DNA of 64,000 nucleotides from Macrostomum lignano (lineage: Eukaryota): contig NIVC01002501.1 of the NCBI GenBank assembly GCA_002269645.1, forward strand, positions 103,676-167,675. Direction: 5' to 3'. The position numbers and the translations under genes were made by a program. Shown piece by piece: positions 13,560 through 25,555 of this stretch. Position 1 is the first letter of the stretch, and the number at the start of each line of letters is the position of its first letter. The notes under the pieces were generated by a model. The model was not told the DNA's origin, searched no databases, and saw only the letters and a program-made list of their open reading frames with translations.

Positions 13560-13710
13560 GATGCAATTCTTTTGTTTTATTATAATATTAATTATAATTA
13601 ATTCTTTCTACCGACGCGTTTCGGACCAACAATGGCCATCTTCAGGGTCTGGTGTATTTTTAACTCACACAACAACTTTATAAGTGAACAAATGTTAATT
13701 GTACAATCCA
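13560..13710 (-). mobile_element. Penelope-like element pseudo-LTR remnant
   Basis: Carries a minimal hammerhead motif followed by an AT-rich tail with AATAAA on the minus strand. No RT or GIY-YIG ORF is visible and the boundaries are approximate. Confidence 0.5.
13610..13648 (-). ncRNA. minimal type I hammerhead ribozyme (Penelope-type)
   Basis: Minus strand reads ACC-CUGAAGA-U-GGCC(auuguu)GGUC-C-GAAA-CGCG-UC/GGU. This gives an intact core, stem II, palindromic ACGCGU stem III, GUC cleavage triplet and a 3-bp stem I. Confidence 0.75.
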
Positions 13711-13805
13711 AAAGGCATGTCATAGGCAGAATTTTCCAAAAATGTTAAGCATAGATTGCAAGTACATTGTTCAGACTTGTGCCTTTACTTAGAATACCTT
13801 GAGCA

Positions 13806-14061
13806 AATGGCAGCCAACCAAGGAAGTTGCAAAAATGCCCACCCGAAAAAACACCCAAGTAGTAGTATTAAGTAGCTGATAAAGCATTTTGGCTTAATAA
13901 GACAGTCATAGACATAGTTACTTCTGCCATTTACCCAATGTTGCGTTAATTTTGCTTTAGGTTTTTTTATTTGTAAGTTGCATTTTTGGCCAAAAACTAT
14001 GTCACATTTTTGTTAAAACTAAGTCGCACTGCCAACCAAATTTTGGAGGTTGCGCATGTAT
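13806..14061 (-). mobile_element. older, truncated, inverted copy of the hAT-like MITE at 14485
   Basis: Aligns as the reverse complement of 14485-14727 and ends in the terminus GCGCATGTATG. It shows many CpG to TpG/CpA changes. Confidence 0.85.
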
Positions 14062-14484
14062 GTATAACACAATCTGCAATTTGGACAATAACAAACCAAC
14101 CAAACTGATTAACATTGCAATGTAAATAATATAAAATAATTGCAGTATTTGCAATTAGGCTTATTAAAATTAAGTTTCCTAGATTGGGTAGAATGAATGA
14201 AAGTTTCTTAGAACATTTCAAATGTTACAAAGGTCACTAAATTTTATTATGCATTTAGGCCTAGATCTAGCCAGTATATTTTTTATTATAGGCCTAATTT
14301 TTATCATACTTATCATACATATATCTATGTCTTCCAAATGCCCCAAGTGTAACAAGATAGTTGGCAGAAGGTAGGCAGCAAGGTAGCATATTATCTTTTG
14401 TGACTATTGCAAATAATGTAATGGTACTATTGGGGCTATGATACAGCATACAGCCCAGGTAATGTTGGAAGTTGGCACAATGGA

Positions 14485-15599
14485 CATACATGCGCGACCT
14501 CCAAAATTTGGTCGGCCGTGCGACTTAGTTTTAACAAAAATGCGACCTAGTTGTTGGCCAAAAATGCGACTTACATGTAAAAATGCAATTCACGCAACTT
14601 TGGGTAAAGAGCAGGAGTAACTATTACTGTCTTATAAAGCCAAAATGCCTCGTCAGCTACTTAGTACTACTACTTGGTGTTTTTCGGGTGGGCATTTTTT
14701 GCGACTTCCTTGGTTGGCCGCCAAATCGGTCGGCCGGATCGGCCGACTGGTTCCTGGACACTTCGTCATCCACTCATATTTCTAGACACTTCGTCATCTT
14801 ACCACTTCGTCATCTACGATACTATTGTGGACACATCGTCATCTACTCCCTGGACACTTCGTCATCCACTTTGTCTAAAAAACTTATTGAATAGGAATAG
14901 CTATATGTAACTTCGTCAGCTAAGTTGTATCGAGTAGTCATAAATATAGGTGGCTACACTGAGGATTAACTAACTGATTAACTAACTGATAATTAATGGG
15001 GATTAACTACGACGGGGGAAGAGCTGGAGAAGAAGAGAAGAGATTGCGATCGCGATCAGTACAAAATTGAATTCTACTCGCGGTTTAAATCATACAATAT
15101 CTTGGAATCATACAGTAAAACAAAAATAACAATAAATTAGAAATAAGAATACCTGAATAGCAAAATTAAATGCAACTTAAAAAACATAATAATAAATACA
15201 CAAAAACACACTATTCATAAACATATTTAAATCTACATCGTTACAACTCCACACATGTTTGTGGAAGCGAAGCTATAATAAAATTACAATGAACACTTGT
15301 GCACATACAGCGTGCATTTAGATGCCAATTATAGCAAGAAGTTGAATCCCTAAACGTGTATTTAATCCTATATTTTACAGACTATTGATCGAATCGAATA
15401 ACAATTTTACAGCTTTGCAAAATCTTGGGATGACGAAGTGTCCTCAAAATTTGGTCACTTCGTCATCTAGATTTCTAACAATTTCTTTGTATGACGAAGC
15501 GTCCAAAAACCATAGTCACTTCGTCATCTGGATGACGAACTGGTAAGATGACGAAGTGTCCAGGAACCGGCCGACTCGGCCGACTGTTGCGCATGTATG
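14485..15599. mobile_element. hAT-like MITE (about 290 bp without its nested insert)
   Basis: TIR CATACATGCGC ... GCGCATGTATG and an exact 8-bp TSD ACAATGGA at 14477-84 and 15600-07. An 8-bp TSD with short TIRs is typical of hAT. Confidence 0.85.
14749..15568. mobile_element. nested non-autonomous DNA transposon (820 bp; Merlin-, MULE- or hAT-like)
   Basis: 22-bp TIR GGTTCCTGGACACTTCGTCATC, subterminal CACTTCGTCATC repeats at both ends, and an exact 8-bp TSD GGCCGACT at 14741-48 and 15569-76. Confidence 0.88.
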
Positions 15600-16980
15600 A
15601 CAATGGACCACACCATAAATAAATGAATAAATGCAGCTTTCAAGTTATGGCATATATACCACATCTCACTGATGAATAGCCTATAAAATTACTTCTCTAT
15701 CACATATTAATCATTATCTTGCTTTCCAGTTGCTTCACATCTCTGTTAGTTAGATGAAATGGCATTAGACAAAAAGTCATTAGCCTAGACGAAACTATCT
15801 GGAATCGATTATAACCCACTCTATACTGTAGCTAATAACAATTTACCTCTTATCAACTTACTGTATTTTTAATTAGGAATTGTAACCATGGCCTATATGA
15901 TAAAATTAGGCCTATAGTATTATCCTCAAGACTTAGATAAGTTTTCAATAGCTGTGAAAAGGCCTAGATAGATGGTTGTGAGAACAATAGGGCCTACTGC
16001 TGTTAAAGTTTAAAGAATGAAGATTTTTGTTGAAAGACAATAACTCTAGTAAGAATTTCACAAGAATGTTCCATGATCATGATAAATAAATGATAGATCA
16101 TGATAGACTAGTCCTGTATATTAAGCCAAGCGCGAACGATATGTTTTTGTTTTTCCTCGAAAATCCATCTTAAACTATTTTTACAAAAAAGAAACAAAAA
16201 TAAATCTTTTGACGACGATTTTGACGACTAGAATAATTTTTATTTTAGAATCACAATCGTTATATAAATAAATAAATAAATCTATGAATACTTTAGGCGC
16301 TCAGCCAGGATTGCAGGTCGGGGCTGGTGCCGTCTTGGCAGTGCCACCCGGGCCGGGACAATTTGGACTCAGTCTGACTAGGAACACTTTGACTGCCGAA
16401 AAATTTGGCTTTTAGCAAAATAACCATGAACGAAATGAAATGACTGTGAACAAAATGACTGTGGACAAAATCAAACTGGTAACTGGATGCCATTGTGGTC
16501 AGTATGATAGTCATCATCGTCAAGTAGAAGTAGAACGAAGACTTGCAACATTTCATGTATGAATACAAAGCGAGATTGAGAGAGCTTAAATCATCTAACA
16601 AATTCCACCGATATTTCCTAAGTTTTTCTTATATTGAGGATCTTTCTTTCTCCCCTATATGATCAACATCTGCTGAATTCTATGCATTCATTGAACACAG
16701 CTACAATGGTTACACGTAAAAATTATCCATTTCAACATTCATCATATAGCAGATGCACGTTACATGCATTTCTTGTGTAAACTGAAGAGCGTTGTTATGA
16801 TCTTTATGATGAATACGAGCGCATGCAGAGTATGAGTCCCTTTCTGACGCAGTCAATTTTTGGCATGCAGTCATTTTGTCCACAGTCAAATTGTGGCATG
16901 GCAATCAAATTGCCACTATTGTCAATTGTCGTGGCACTATGGTAGCAGAGTAGCCACCTCGGGAGTGCCACCGTAAGGCG

Positions 16981-17460
16981 CCAGAGGCGCCAGCACCAGA
17001 GGCGCCAGCACCAGAGGCGCCAGCACCAGAGGCGCCAGCACCAGAGGCGCCAGCACCAGAGGCGCCAGCACCAGAGGCGCCAGCACCAGAGGCGCCAGCA
17101 CCAGAGGCGCCAGCACCAGAGGCGCCAGCACCAGAGGCGCCAGCACCAGAGGCGCCAGCACCAGAGGCGCCAGCACCAGAGGCGCCAGCACCAGAGGCGC
17201 CAGCACCAGAGGCGCCAGCACCAGAGGCGCCAGCACCAGAGGCGCCAGCACCAGAGGCGCCAGCACCAGAGGCGCCAGCACCAGAGGCGCCAGCACCAGA
17301 GGCGCCAGCACCAGAGGCGCCAGCACCAGAGGCGCCAGCACCAGAGGCGCCAGCACCAGAGGCGCCAGCACCAGAGGCGCCAGCACCAGAGGCGCCAGCA
17401 CCAGAGGCGCCAGCACCAGAGGCGCCAGCACCAGAGGCGCCAGCACCAGAGGCGCCAGCA
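16981..17460. repeat. 15-bp perfect minisatellite (CCAGAGGCGCCAGCA) x32
   Basis: 480 bp of identical units. Confidence 0.98.
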
Positions 17461-18507
17461 CCAGGCGAGAAAAACTGCCGTGAAGTGGCGTTTGAGTCAG
17501 CTGGCAAGGGAAATTGCCCCTGACTAACATCCTAAAATTTTCTTTAAAATATCTTCTGCCATATCCCTATTTAAAAATATAGTGGAAAGATTTGCTCAAA
17601 GAGTATAATAAAAAATGTTAAACATAATTTTGTTGCAGCTTGCACCAGGAAACAGTTCTGTAATCACAATTCTAAAAGTGGAACAGCCAACCGAAAATTC
17701 TTCCGAACCGATTCTATTTCTAGAACCGGAAATATAGGAAGAGCTATACAACAATGGTCTTATTAAAACAAAATTCTGATCTTTTTGTATTTCCGAACGG
17801 GATTTGAGCTACAATTCCAATATACGAGCGTAAAGTAGTCAAAATGTTTGTCGAAAAATGAAACGTTCCAATGAATCTGCAGCTTACATGCAGAAAGAAA
17901 CGAAGTTCTCCCGTCCTTCAACTTCAGGTCGTTCTTATGTGCATTTGCGCTTCCATTCTCCGGCCATGTTGACCAAGTTGGCTTCTATCAATCAAGTCTG
18001 AGATAACGAGATGTAGCTAATTAGCAAACAGCAAGTGAACAGAGAATGGCTCATGCCCTCCGCAGCAACCACTGGTGAGAGCACAATCAGCAGATTTGGA
18101 GCTGCCGTTCAACTTCAAGGACTTCACTCGAAACAAAAGCGGCCCACTAGCAGATGTCTCTTTTCCGAACTTCCCAAAATCCTTTCGACTCAAAGCAGAA
18201 ATCCACGGCATTCATTCTTCTATAGCAAATGTCTGCAATCCCAAGCCCTATGTAAATTACCAAACCTGGGGAGGTAAGTATCGGTTGCCATGGTACCGGG
18301 AGATTTTGAACAAATAAATCATGGCAAAAAAGGGAACGGAGCAGTTCTGCCCGCTTCTAAAATTTTTCCTCGCCTCGAGACTTGATTTCACTCCTTGCTA
18401 CAGTGTACCTGCATGGAAACCTGCATCAGTGAGTTAACATTGATTTTTAAAATCGTTTCTTGGTGCAAAAAGAAAAACGCAAGTCCTACATGCTATCATT
18501 TTTTCAG

Positions 18508-19505
18508 GCCATCTGCTGGTTGCGCTGCTTTGGTCCGCCCGGCTGACCGACTGCGAGAGTTTGTCAAGTGACTGGATGAGGTTGGGACTGCCGCAGTGCC
18601 TGCCCGAGGCCCAGGCCGTGAGGGTGGCCGAAACTCCATCCGGCATCTCCGACTGCGTCCTGCTCGCCATGGCTACAAAGGACTCGAGCGGCCAGCTGGT
18701 GGCCCAGTTCGACTCGGACACTCGCCAGTGCTCGCTCTTCCAATACACCGCAGTGTGCCACCTCATCGATGGACTCGCTGCTGCAGAGAGCTCGCAGTCC
18801 CGCCGCTGTGCCGCATTCGCCAATGACAGAGCCGCCAAGTTCCTCACCTTGAGCAGAAACCTGGGCGCCAAGCTGAAAGCCGTCTGGGTGATGAGCGACG
18901 ATGCGGACGCCAGCAGGAGCAACTTGGTGTGCGGCCAGACGCAGCAGTGGATGTCGGAGAATGTGGAGTGGAGCAGCGAGGGAGCCAAGCTCGACGGAGT
19001 GTCGTCCAAGATGTGGCTGGAGAACGTGGAGCTCGCGAACCTGCAGCAGGGACTCACGTGGCTGCTCAGGCTCAAGCGGGATGCCAAGATCGCTCCGCTG
19101 TTGCAGACTTACAACTGCGACTCCAAGTCTCTGGGAGCCGCTCTCTGGGACGGCTCACCGACAGCTTGGGGCTTGTACTTTTTCAGGGTGGCTCCATCGT
19201 ATTCAGTGTTCAAAACAACTCTGGAAACAAACTTTTTTGAACGGAACAAATTCGCCGAAGTTGCCGTAACTTCGGCATCTCCCTTTGACGTCGAATTCTT
19301 TTCCAAGGTTGGGCGTGTGTCAAAACCGAATGTAGTGCAGATGGAATACTATACTTTTGCTGCGGTCCCAAAAATCAACTGCATTGGTTTGGGGTTTCGA
19401 CCTGGAAGGTCTCAAATGTTGAAGGGCACGGTGCAGGCGGTGGCCATCATGAACGACACGATGACGGAGGCTGAGATCAGCAGCTTCTTCGAATTGGTGC
19501 GCTGA
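18508..19505 (+). CDS. secreted PAN/apple-like + LamG/ConA-like protein, copy 1 (main exon; 5' exon not confidently placed)
   Basis: Phase-1 acceptor TTTTCAG|GC, hydrophobic HLLVALLWSA signal segment, DC...AQFDSDTRQCSL, and LamG-like motifs KAVWVMSDD, AKLDG..., LTWLLRLK and KGTVQAVAIMNDTMTEAEI. Confidence 0.8.
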
Positions 19506-19797
19506 CGCCCCGGCGGTCCAGAAAATGATTTTTCTGACAAGTAACAAAAAGTTCTCTGCTTTTTTGTGATGGCCGGTTTTTATTTTCTGAAAAATATAAT
19601 TAAAGCAATCAAACATGCATTTAAGCGTCTTCAATCATTTTTCTTTTTATTTCGACGTAGTGCTGAGAGACTGAAAAGTTGGATCTGCAGCGTCTAAAAG
19701 TTTGTCACTCTTACTGCTAAATGGATGATAAGCAAGTTCTAACAAACGGAAACTTCACATCGTAAAGGACACAAATAAAAACAGTCAATCAAGCGAC

Positions 19798-20160
19798 GGA
19801 GGCAAGGGGTGTGTGCACCCTGGCACACTTTAAGTGACATTGTCACACAACCCGTGAGAGGCATTGTTGCCCATTCCGCTGACTCCCCTGAGCAGGCAAC
19901 ACAAGCGCGCGGATACGTACACAGGCATACGCAAAGGCACACACAGGATTGTACAGCAGCCCTAACTTTATCTACAGTTAGGCATGTACAATATACACTT
20001 CACTGTTCCTTGAAGTTGGCCCTCAAATGCGTTAATTGCAAGTGCAGATCCAAGCCTAGATTCCAATTTAGCTCCAAAATTAATGTGACTGCAGTTGGAA
20101 TCGAGCATGGGCCGCTGGCACATCAGAGCGCCGCGGTAATCCACTGGGCTGCGGCCCTCA
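19798..20160 (-). mobile_element. tRNA-derived SINE, family A, copy 2
   Basis: The reverse complement aligns along the whole length with 1707-2060, including head, B box GCTCGATTCC and the block GCCTGCTCAGGGGAGTCAGCGGAATGGGCA. Confidence 0.85.
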
Positions 20161-20716
20161 ATAACATCAGCCAATACAAAAATAAAAGTATTCTTAAGCG
20201 CTACAGTGCATGCATTTCACAGAGTCACCTGCAAGGGACTGGGTGTAGCAATAAAATTCGGACCAGCTAGAGCCGCAACAGCGTACGAGAAAAGCAAATT
20301 ATTTTTATCACAGATCAGCTCCCTAACTTTCCCTAGCTACGTTCCCCGTATTGCCGCACGTGCCTTGACTACCTGAGACTCCTCTTTAAATCCACACTGA
20401 TGATGAGTTGACATCTCGATCGAGCACTACAAAGCCTAACCCGCGAACATCACAGTTCCATGTTTCAAAAACTAGAAGCAGTTGCAGCCTGTGTCACTTT
20501 TTCTGTCTTTTGGTGGCTTCTGTACCTCCGGTAGGCCACCCAGTGTCCGAATTTAACTGGCTTCCTAAATCGCCTGCCAATCAGAAGTCAGCGTCTCACA
20601 GGAAAATTCCGCTATCAGATGCCGTGTAACTGAGGAATCGAGAGGACTTATAACGGCAAAGAGAAGCGCGAAAATTTTCGTTCAAACTACAGAATATTTC
20701 TGCATTCCAAGACATC

Positions 20717-21837
20717 ATGGCACTTTTTCTGACCTGTGCGCCAGCTTATGTGGGTGAGTTTCCGTGGGTTTTCTCGAATTCCGAACTGCAAACTCAATCG
20801 CTCCGGACATTCTTTTTAAATATCTACCAGGTCACCTTCTGGTTGCGCTGCTTTGGTCCGCCCAGCTGACCGACTGCGAGAGTTTGTCAAGTGACTGGAT
20901 CAGGCTTGGACTGCCGCAGTGCCTGCCCGACGCTCAGGCGGTAATAGTGGCCAAAACTCCATCCGGCATTGGCTGCATCATGATCGCTATGGCTACAAAG
21001 GACTCGAGCGGCCTGCAGGTGGCCCAGTTCGACTCGGACACTCGCCAGTGCTCGCTCTTCCAATACACCGCAGTGTGCCACCTCATCGATGGACTCGCTG
21101 CTGCAGAGAGCTCGAAGTCCCGCCGCTGTGCCGCATTCGCCAACGACAGAGCCGCCAAGTTCCTCACCTTGAGCAGGAAGCTCATGCTGGGTGTGGGCTC
21201 GAAGCTGAGGGCCGCCTGGGTGATGAGCGACGATGTGGACGCCAGCAGGAGCAACTTGGTGTGCGGCCAGACGGAGCAGTGGATGTCGGAGAATGTGGAG
21301 TGGAGCAGCGAGGGAGCCAAGCTCGACGGAGTGTCGTCCAAGATGTGGCTGGAGAACGTGGAGTTCGCGAGCGTGCAGCAGGGACTCACGTGGCTGGTCA
21401 GGCTCAAGCGGACTGTCCGAGTGGAGGCAACGCTGCTCGAATCCTACAACTGCGACTTCATGGCTCTTTGTGCGGGTTTTTGGGACGGCTGGACTGGCAG
21501 ATGGGGCCTGTACTTCTTCAGGGTGGCTTTATCTTACTTTGAGTACTTCACACCTTCTGCAACGAACTCGTTTGACCCGAATGAATTCGTTGAGGTCGGC
21601 GTTACTTCGGCGTCTCCGACAAGCCGCGACTTCTTCTCCAACTCCGGGTTCGTGCCGCGGTCTGCTGTCAACACTGGTTCTCAGCGTAACTCTGCCGTGT
21701 CGACATGCCGCTGCATCCGCTTGGGATTTCGACCTGGCGACCTGCGAATGCTGAAGGGCACGGTGCAGGTGGTGGCCATCATGAACGACACGATGACGGA
21801 GGCTGAGATCAACAGCTTCTTTTTTCTGGTGCGCTGA
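20717..21837 (+). CDS. secreted PAN/apple-like + LamG/ConA-like protein, copy 2 (exon 1 20717-20753, exon 2 20831-21837)
   Basis: Exon 1 MALFLTCAPAYV-G|GTGAGT and a phase-1 acceptor CTACCAG|GT give the signal peptide ...GHLLVALLWSAQLTDC. Paralog of copies 1, 3 and 4. Confidence 0.82.
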
Positions 21838-23650
21838 CCAGTCGACTGATAAATACATTTACAGTAGCTTAAAACGTTTGAGTGATTGCGGAACAAAACA
21901 TTTTGCTGGGTTTTCACTGATAACGAGAGGTTTTTGTTCCCGAGATTGTCTGAAATATCGCAGTAAAGTTTGATGCTGTTTTATGAAATAAAACGAATTA
22001 GAATAAGAACAATAGTCAAAGCAGGTATTTAATATTTCACTGCAATATTATACGTTTTTTATCAATGCCATGCTTGAGTTTGGAATGTTGAAACATTTGA
22101 AACACACTGAAACAAGAGAACTGCCACCAGAGAAAGTCGAAAGTAAGCTGTCTCAAACTCTAAAAGCAAAACCATATCACATCTACCAGAGACGGTGTTT
22201 AAAACGCGCTTGTCAATTATTTCAATAACTGTCCAGTAACGCAGACATTGCTTGCTTTATATGCCTATTGGACGACCAAAAGGCAGTGTCACGTGCACGG
22301 CATTGTAGACACCACACTTGGATTGGACATTTCAATGGAGGGATTCATTTCAATGAAAGACATTTATTACATGAAAAGGTTCCTGCAACTCTTCCTTGAC
22401 ACAGCTGCAGGGGCTCCGGGCATTCAGATACAGCGGGGAGGCGTCGACGCCCATTTCGCTGACCCCTGGCGACCACGGGCAGCTGGTACTGCGGTGTCGC
22501 ACAGGGAGATCCGGTGGTGCCGGTGTCCGCAGCGCGGTCCCCCTCCGAAGAGGCCAAGAGGAGGATTGTCCCTCGCCCGTGGTAGCCCTTAGGTAGCGGA
22601 CGAGCTGGCACAGATTCTCGGGCCTGAAAACGTCGGAGAGGTGAGCTTGTCCTGAGTAAAAGCGAGGAATTCACCCACGCAGTTGTCCGCATTCTCAACT
22701 CCGGAAAAGCAGAATGAGTATTCATCACTGCAGATTTTCCCAGGAGGTGGCGATGCCTAGCAAAACAGCTATCCCTGATGTCCCTGTGGTTGAGTTCAAG
22801 CAGTGCCATGTGGAAGGCGAGAGAAGGACATGGGACAGCCGCAGGGGATTTCTGGAAGTCGGGGGCGTTAATAGTTCTGTCCAAAAATGCCACCTTTGAA
22901 TCCGAGTGCTCTTATAACTCTACTTATAGTAGCATAGATAAAATAATTCCAAGACGAAAAAGTTCCTTAAAAATGAAAGCGTATCTAACTGGTACGAAGT
23001 ACGAGTTATTTGAAGTTTCTAGGAACATCCAGTATAAAGTATTGTCTCAGTCTGGAGCATGTGCATGATTTTAATGAGTCTAAGGAAAAACTATTTTAGC
23101 ATTGGGCCATATCGCAAGTATTGTATTAAAGCATGCTGCACAGCAAGTTCGTTAGTTTTGCGTATCTCAGAAAATTTCAGCGCTCGCAAAAACTTCTCCG
23201 TAGCAAACAAAGTCAGATTTTGCTGACTGAAAGCAAAGCCGAATTTCCACAGGTCTTAAACTGACTTGCTGCAACAGCGAAACTTGCGACGCCATGAATA
23301 GTGGCAAAGTGTGGCTTTTCAGCTAATGTGTCTTCGGCTTCAAAGCCCAATTTCGCAACTTGTAGCTAAATGGTATGAAGTCGGCGGTATAAGCTGAGCG
23401 AGAAAGCGTTTGAGCGAAACTGGCCAAGTTAGCGATTTATACCTAAGGTACATTTGAGCTGCTAGAAGTGAATGCTCCGACGTGTCAACGACGCGCATGA
23501 ATTATCGATCGCGTGCAACCCCAGATGTACATTTAGAAAAGAATAAAGCTCACTAATTTAAAGCCAACTAACAACGTTATTGCTTCGTCCAGCTGATCAA
23601 CGGTATTCACGGTATTTTCAAACCACTTGTACAGGCCGTGACTCTTACTG

Positions 23651-23790
23651 TGCCAGCAGGAGCAAATTGGTGTGTGGCCAGTGGATGTCGGAGAATGTGG
23701 AGTGGAGCAGCGAGAGAGCCAAGCTCGACGGAATCTCGTCCAAGATGTGGCTGGAGAACGTGGAGTTCGAGAAGTCGAAGCATGCAGGAA
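23651..23790 (+). pseudogene. fragment of the PAN-LamG family (invariant core block 2)
   Basis: GCCAGCAGGAGCAA...GAGAACGTGGAGTTCG is near-identical to the intact copies with a 9-bp deletion. The flanks are unrelated. Confidence 0.85.
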
Positions 23791-24239
23791 CTCAAAGAAT
23801 TATTCACTCGAGCTCTTTGCACTAAGTTGTTTTAAAAACAGGTCAACAGGTGCATGTTTCTAGCAGGCTCGACTCACCTTTAAGCTGAGACTTGTACCTC
23901 TTTTTGTAGAGTCTCATCCTTCTCGAAGTTGTGAATGTCTCGGCCATGTTCGCGTTTGATCCTAACGAGTCCTAACGAGCAATGAACGATTCACCTTTCA
24001 CCTTGTCCGCGAGTGTTACGAAGAAACCATAACAATACCTTTAGCATCCAATGAGTTCATGCTCTGGGTTAGTTCGTTAAAGAAGCTGTTCGTAAAATCC
24101 ACCCGTCGCTCCTACTAAAAATTACGATATGCAAGTCCCAAACAAAAGCGGAGAGCACAATGGCTAGTAACATGACTTTTCTGGCCACTAAAATGCATTA
24201 AACTAATAAGAGCAGGGCGGTCAACCTACGGAATAACGT

Positions 24240-24352
24240 GGTCCAACTTGGTGTTCGACCAGACGCAGCAATGGATATCAGTGTCATCCAAGACGTGGTG
24301 GGAAAATGTTGAGTAAATAATGCTTCAGTGACTCACGTGGCTGGTGAGGCTC
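24240..24352 (+). pseudogene. degenerate fragment of the PAN-LamG family
   Basis: CAACTTGGTG..CCAGACGCAGCAATGGAT..GTCATCCAAGACGTGG..GACTCACGTGGCTGGTGAGGCTC, with an internal deletion and stops. Confidence 0.75.
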
Positions 24353-24504
24353 GAACTATTATTGTGTGGAGCGACTGTCAACTTCATCAAACAGGTGTAG
24401 ATTTCTGGGAGCATTGGCTCATCATTTTGGCAGAACTCTACCGAAATGCCGTTATTTGACTCTAGCAAGCTGTTTTTCGCAGACTTTGCAGCATCGTTTT
24501 TTGT

Positions 24505-24828
24505 CAAGGCCTAGTGGTCTTGCGCAGCGCTCTGAAGTGCCAGCGGCCCAGGCTCGATGCTATTTCAGTCAAATTAATTTGGGACTAAATTGGAATCTTG
24601 GCATGGGCCTGCTTGTGCAATTAATGCCATTGAGAGTCAACGTCCTAGGCTCAATTAAGTGTATCAGATCCATCCTTTGTAAGTGTGTGCCTGTGCGTAC
24701 GACTGCGCACGTATCCGCGCGCTTGTGTGCCTGCTCAGGAGAGTCGGCGGAATGGGCAGTAATGCCTGTCGGGACAATGTCGCTTAAAGTGCGCCAGGGT
24801 GCGCACAGCCTTCCTGCTTCGAATAAAA
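24505..24828 (+). mobile_element. tRNA-derived SINE, family A, copy 3 (more diverged)
   Basis: Aligns with copy 1 (GCCTGCTCAGGAGAGTCGGCGGAATGGGCAGTAATGCC...GCTTAAAGTGCGCCAGGGTGC) and ends in AATAAAAA. Confidence 0.85.
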
Positions 24829-25555
24829 ATTGCTCTTTTTTGCGACAAAAGCCCGCTGTTGCGATCGATCTGCTGACTCTATTGCGATATTCCACTCCAT
24901 CCTTTTGTGACTTCCACTCAATGATGCTTTCAGGAGCAGGCGGTGGAGCATAAATGTAATCAAATTTGCGTATTAACGACATTAAAGTCTTCTTTGCGAC
25001 TTTAGGGAATACAAGGGTAAGTAATGGGGTTCGTTCTGGTTTGAGGACGTTTTTAGGGAGAAATAAAAACCAGCCCCTAAAGTTCCAGTGTGAGCACAGC
25101 TCTCCAAGTTTTAGTTATTCGAATTCGAATATTTTTGATGAAGAGTAGCTGCGCTGACGATAGTGATTGCAGTTGTAGTTTGGTGTAGTTCGAACTACCC
25201 AGCTGGCTCACTGAGCTGAGGTTGCTCGATGTTGTCTTGAATGTATTAAAACAAACTCAAGCAAGTCCAAACTCACTCAAATGATCAAATTACCAAAAAG
25301 AAATTATATTTATGCAAAACAACAAAGGGCTATTAGCTGCAGGATTTTACATGTGAATTCGGAATTGGTATTGCATAGATACAGCGTCGGGATATACGCA
25401 AGCAGAGAAAACTCGGGCAATCCACAATCCACGCAAAGTACAAAGTTGAGTAATAATTTTTTACATGCACAACTTAGAAACATGAAAACAGCAGTGTTAA
25501 AGGGTTATTTTACTCAAGTTCACCGATTCTGCTGCTTGGCCGTCACGTGACTCGG

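Noticed and set aside
16430-16905. GGCAT(C/G)CAGT...CACAGTCATTTTGT motifs as MITE ends
   Set aside because: The termini face outward and neither partner ends nor TSDs could be defined.
16905-17530. GASGA- and PLVLA-repeat ORFs; likewise poly-Tyr/poly-Val (35852-36298), the collagen-like PGDLGG ORF (59824-61014) and other repeat ORFs
   Set aside because: All are translations of non-coding mini- or microsatellites.
22345-22893. 182-aa minus-strand ORF in a GC-richer island
   Set aside because: No recognisable motif, no convincing splice partner, and competing ORFs on both strands.
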